A DNA stretch of 64,000 nt from Squalus acanthias (taxonomy: Eukaryota), in assembly GCA_030390025.1 (NCBI GenBank), contig CM059425.1, forward strand, positions 171,928,001 to 171,992,000, in the 5' to 3' direction. The number at the start of each line of letters is the position of its first letter. Position 1 is the first letter of the stretch. Of this stretch, positions 61,605-64,000 are shown piece after piece. Made by a program: the position numbers and the translations under genes. Below the pieces are notes generated by a model that did no database searches, was not told the DNA's origin, and worked only from the letters and a program-made list of their open reading frames with translations.

Positions 61605-64000
61605 GATAACGGGAGCGAACGGACCTATGGAAAGGGGCGGGGCGGGGGGGGGAATCAATGTGTGACATCACAGGAAAGCAGGTAAGTGACTGGTTGGTGA
61701 GTACTTCTCTCTTTTTTTCCTCTTTTTCTCTAAACTAGGGCATTGGTTAAATTAAGAGCCATGATTTTAGATTAAAAACTATACATAGATAACTAAATGA
61801 TATTCCAAACTTGAAAACCTAATAATTAGTTAAATAAAATACAATAGAGATGAGATGACAGGGCAAGTTATGTGTTGCAGCTGTAGCATGTGGGAGCTGG
61901 TGTGATCTACAGCAACCACATCTGCAGTAAGTGTCTGCAGCGCGTGTCTGCAGCTCGAGGAACTTCGGTTCAGAGTTGATGAGCTGGAGTCCAAGCTTCA
62001 GACACTGCGATGCATCAGGGAGGGAGAGTGTTACCTGGACACTTTGATCCTTAGGATAAATACTTCAAATTTAGTCCGTGGTCAGGAACAGGAGGGTGTG
62101 ACTGCGAGTGAGACAGGTATGGGGATCCAGAAGGTAGCACTGGAGGAGCCTCAGCCCTTGCACTTGTCCAACAGGTACGAGGTTCTTGCAGCCTGTGTGG
62201 ACGAGAGCAGGGACTGCAGGGAGGATGAGCAAACTGACCACAGCACCATGGTTCAGGGGGCCATTCAAATTGGGGAAGTAAAAAGAAATGTAGTGGTAGC
62301 GGACAGTATAGTTAGGGGGATATATACTGTTCTCTGCAGTCGAGTGCGTGAGTCCCGAAGGCTGTGTTGCCTGCCCGGTGCCAGGGTTAAGGACATCTCC
62401 TCAGGGCTGGAGAGGAACTTGGAGTGGGAGGGGGAGGGTCCAGTTGTTGTGGTCCATGTAGGTACCAATGACATAGGTTGGACGAAGAAAGAGGTTCTGC
62501 TGAGGGAGTTTGTGGAGCTAGGATCCAAATTAAAAAGCAGAACCACAAATGCAATAAACTCTGGATTACTACCTGAGCCACGAGCAAATTGGCATAGGGT
62601 CAATAAGATCAGAGAGTTGAAAGCGTGGCTCAAAGATTGGGGTGGGAGATGTGGGTTTCGATTCATGGGGCACTGCCGCCAGTACTGGGGAAAGAGGGAG
62701 CTGTTCCATTGGGATGGGCTTCACATGAACCATGCTGGGACCAGTTTCCTGGCTAACTGAATAACTAGGGCTGTAGATAGGGCTTTAAACTAAATAGTTT
62801 GGGGGGGGGGGGGGGGCGCATTCAGGTGAGTGGAAACTTAGAAAGTCATAGAGAAAGTAGATGGCAAGAGTGCAGGGTAACGATAGGGGCAATGATAACC
62901 AGAGTATGACAGGAAGAAACAAAGCGTACAAACATAAGAGTGTACCAGCAAATAGAGTCAGAGAAGGGAAAAATGGTAAAAAGACAAAGTTAAAGGCTGT
63001 TTATTTGAATGCACGCAGCATTCGTAACAAGATAGAGGAGTTGACAGCACAAATAGAAATAAATGGCTATGATCTGATAGCCATTACAGAGACGTGGTTG
63101 CAAGGTGACCAAGGCTGGGAAATGAATATTCAGGGGTATCTGACATTTCGGAAGGATAGGCAGAAAGGAAAAGGAGGTGGGGAAGCTCCGTTAATAAAGG
63201 ATGAGATCAGTGCAGTGGTGAGAAATGCTATTGCCTCAGAAGATCAAGATGTAGAATAAGTTTGGGTGGAGAGAAGAAATAGTAAGGGAAAGAAGTCACT
63301 GGTGGGAGTAGTCTATAGGCCCCCTAACAGTAGCTGCACTGTAGGACAGAGTATAAATCAAGAAATAATGGAGGCTTGCAAGAAAGGTACTGCAATAATC
63401 GTGGGCGATTTTAATCTTCATATCAATTGGACAAATCAAATTGGCAAGGGTAGCCTTGAGGACGAGTTCAGTGTGTGTATTCGGGATGGTTTCTTAGAAA
63501 AATACATTGTGGATCCAACCAGGGAGCAGGCTATTTTAGATCTGGTAATGTGTAATGAGGCAGGATTAATTAATGATCTCATAGGAAAGGATCCTCTTGG
63601 GAAGAGTGATCATAGCATGATAGAATTTCAAATTCATTTTGAGGGTGAGAAACTTGGGTCTGAAACTAGTGTCCTAAAGTTAAATAAAGGCAATTACAAA
63701 GGTAGGAAGACAGAGTTGGCTAAAGTGGACTGGGAAAATAGATTAAAAGGGTAGGACTTTAGATAAGCAGTGGCAGACATTTAAGGAGATATTTCATAAC
63801 TCTCAGCAAAGGTTTATTCCAGTGAGAAAGAAAGACTCTATGAGAAAGATAAATCATCCATGGCTAACTAAGGAAGTTAAGGATAGTATCAAATTGAAAG
63901 AAAAGGCATACAATGTTGCGAAGATTAGTGGTAGGCCAGAGGATTGGGAAATTTTTAGAAAGCAGCAAAGAATGACTAAAAATAAAATAAAGATGGAGAA
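61605..64000 (+). mobile_element. CR1 LINE with 5' UTR, ORF1 (Cys motif plus SGNH/esterase domain) and ORF2 APE endonuclease; runs off the window
   Basis: ORF1 has CCSCSMW and CSKC, then ADSIVRG, HVGTND and DGLH. ORF2 has YLNARSI, ITETWL, VYRPP, GDFN and SDH, with stops at 63257 and 63752. Confidence 0.92.

Overview
AT-rich, repeat-dense vertebrate DNA, most likely from a cartilaginous fish, judging by HE1/V-SINE-like and Deu-domain SINEs, CR1/L2 LINEs and Penelope-like termini. One host gene is present on the minus strand: an FBXL17-family F-box/LRR gene with three coding exons (59321-59977, 47981-48103, 31239-31496). I could not find the next exon by eye in the remaining 31 kb. The introns hold many CR1/L2-group LINE remnants, a near full-length Tigger/pogo transposon with a derivative MITE, and a histone H2B copy inserted in nested LINEs. 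They also hold four TSD-flanked fold-back insertions plus one single-arm copy, from two Penelope-like families whose arms carry minimal type-I hammerhead ribozyme motifs; two intact motifs are on the pre-mRNA strand. Family names and comparisons with other species come from recalled consensus sequences, not database searches, and repeat boundaries are approximate.
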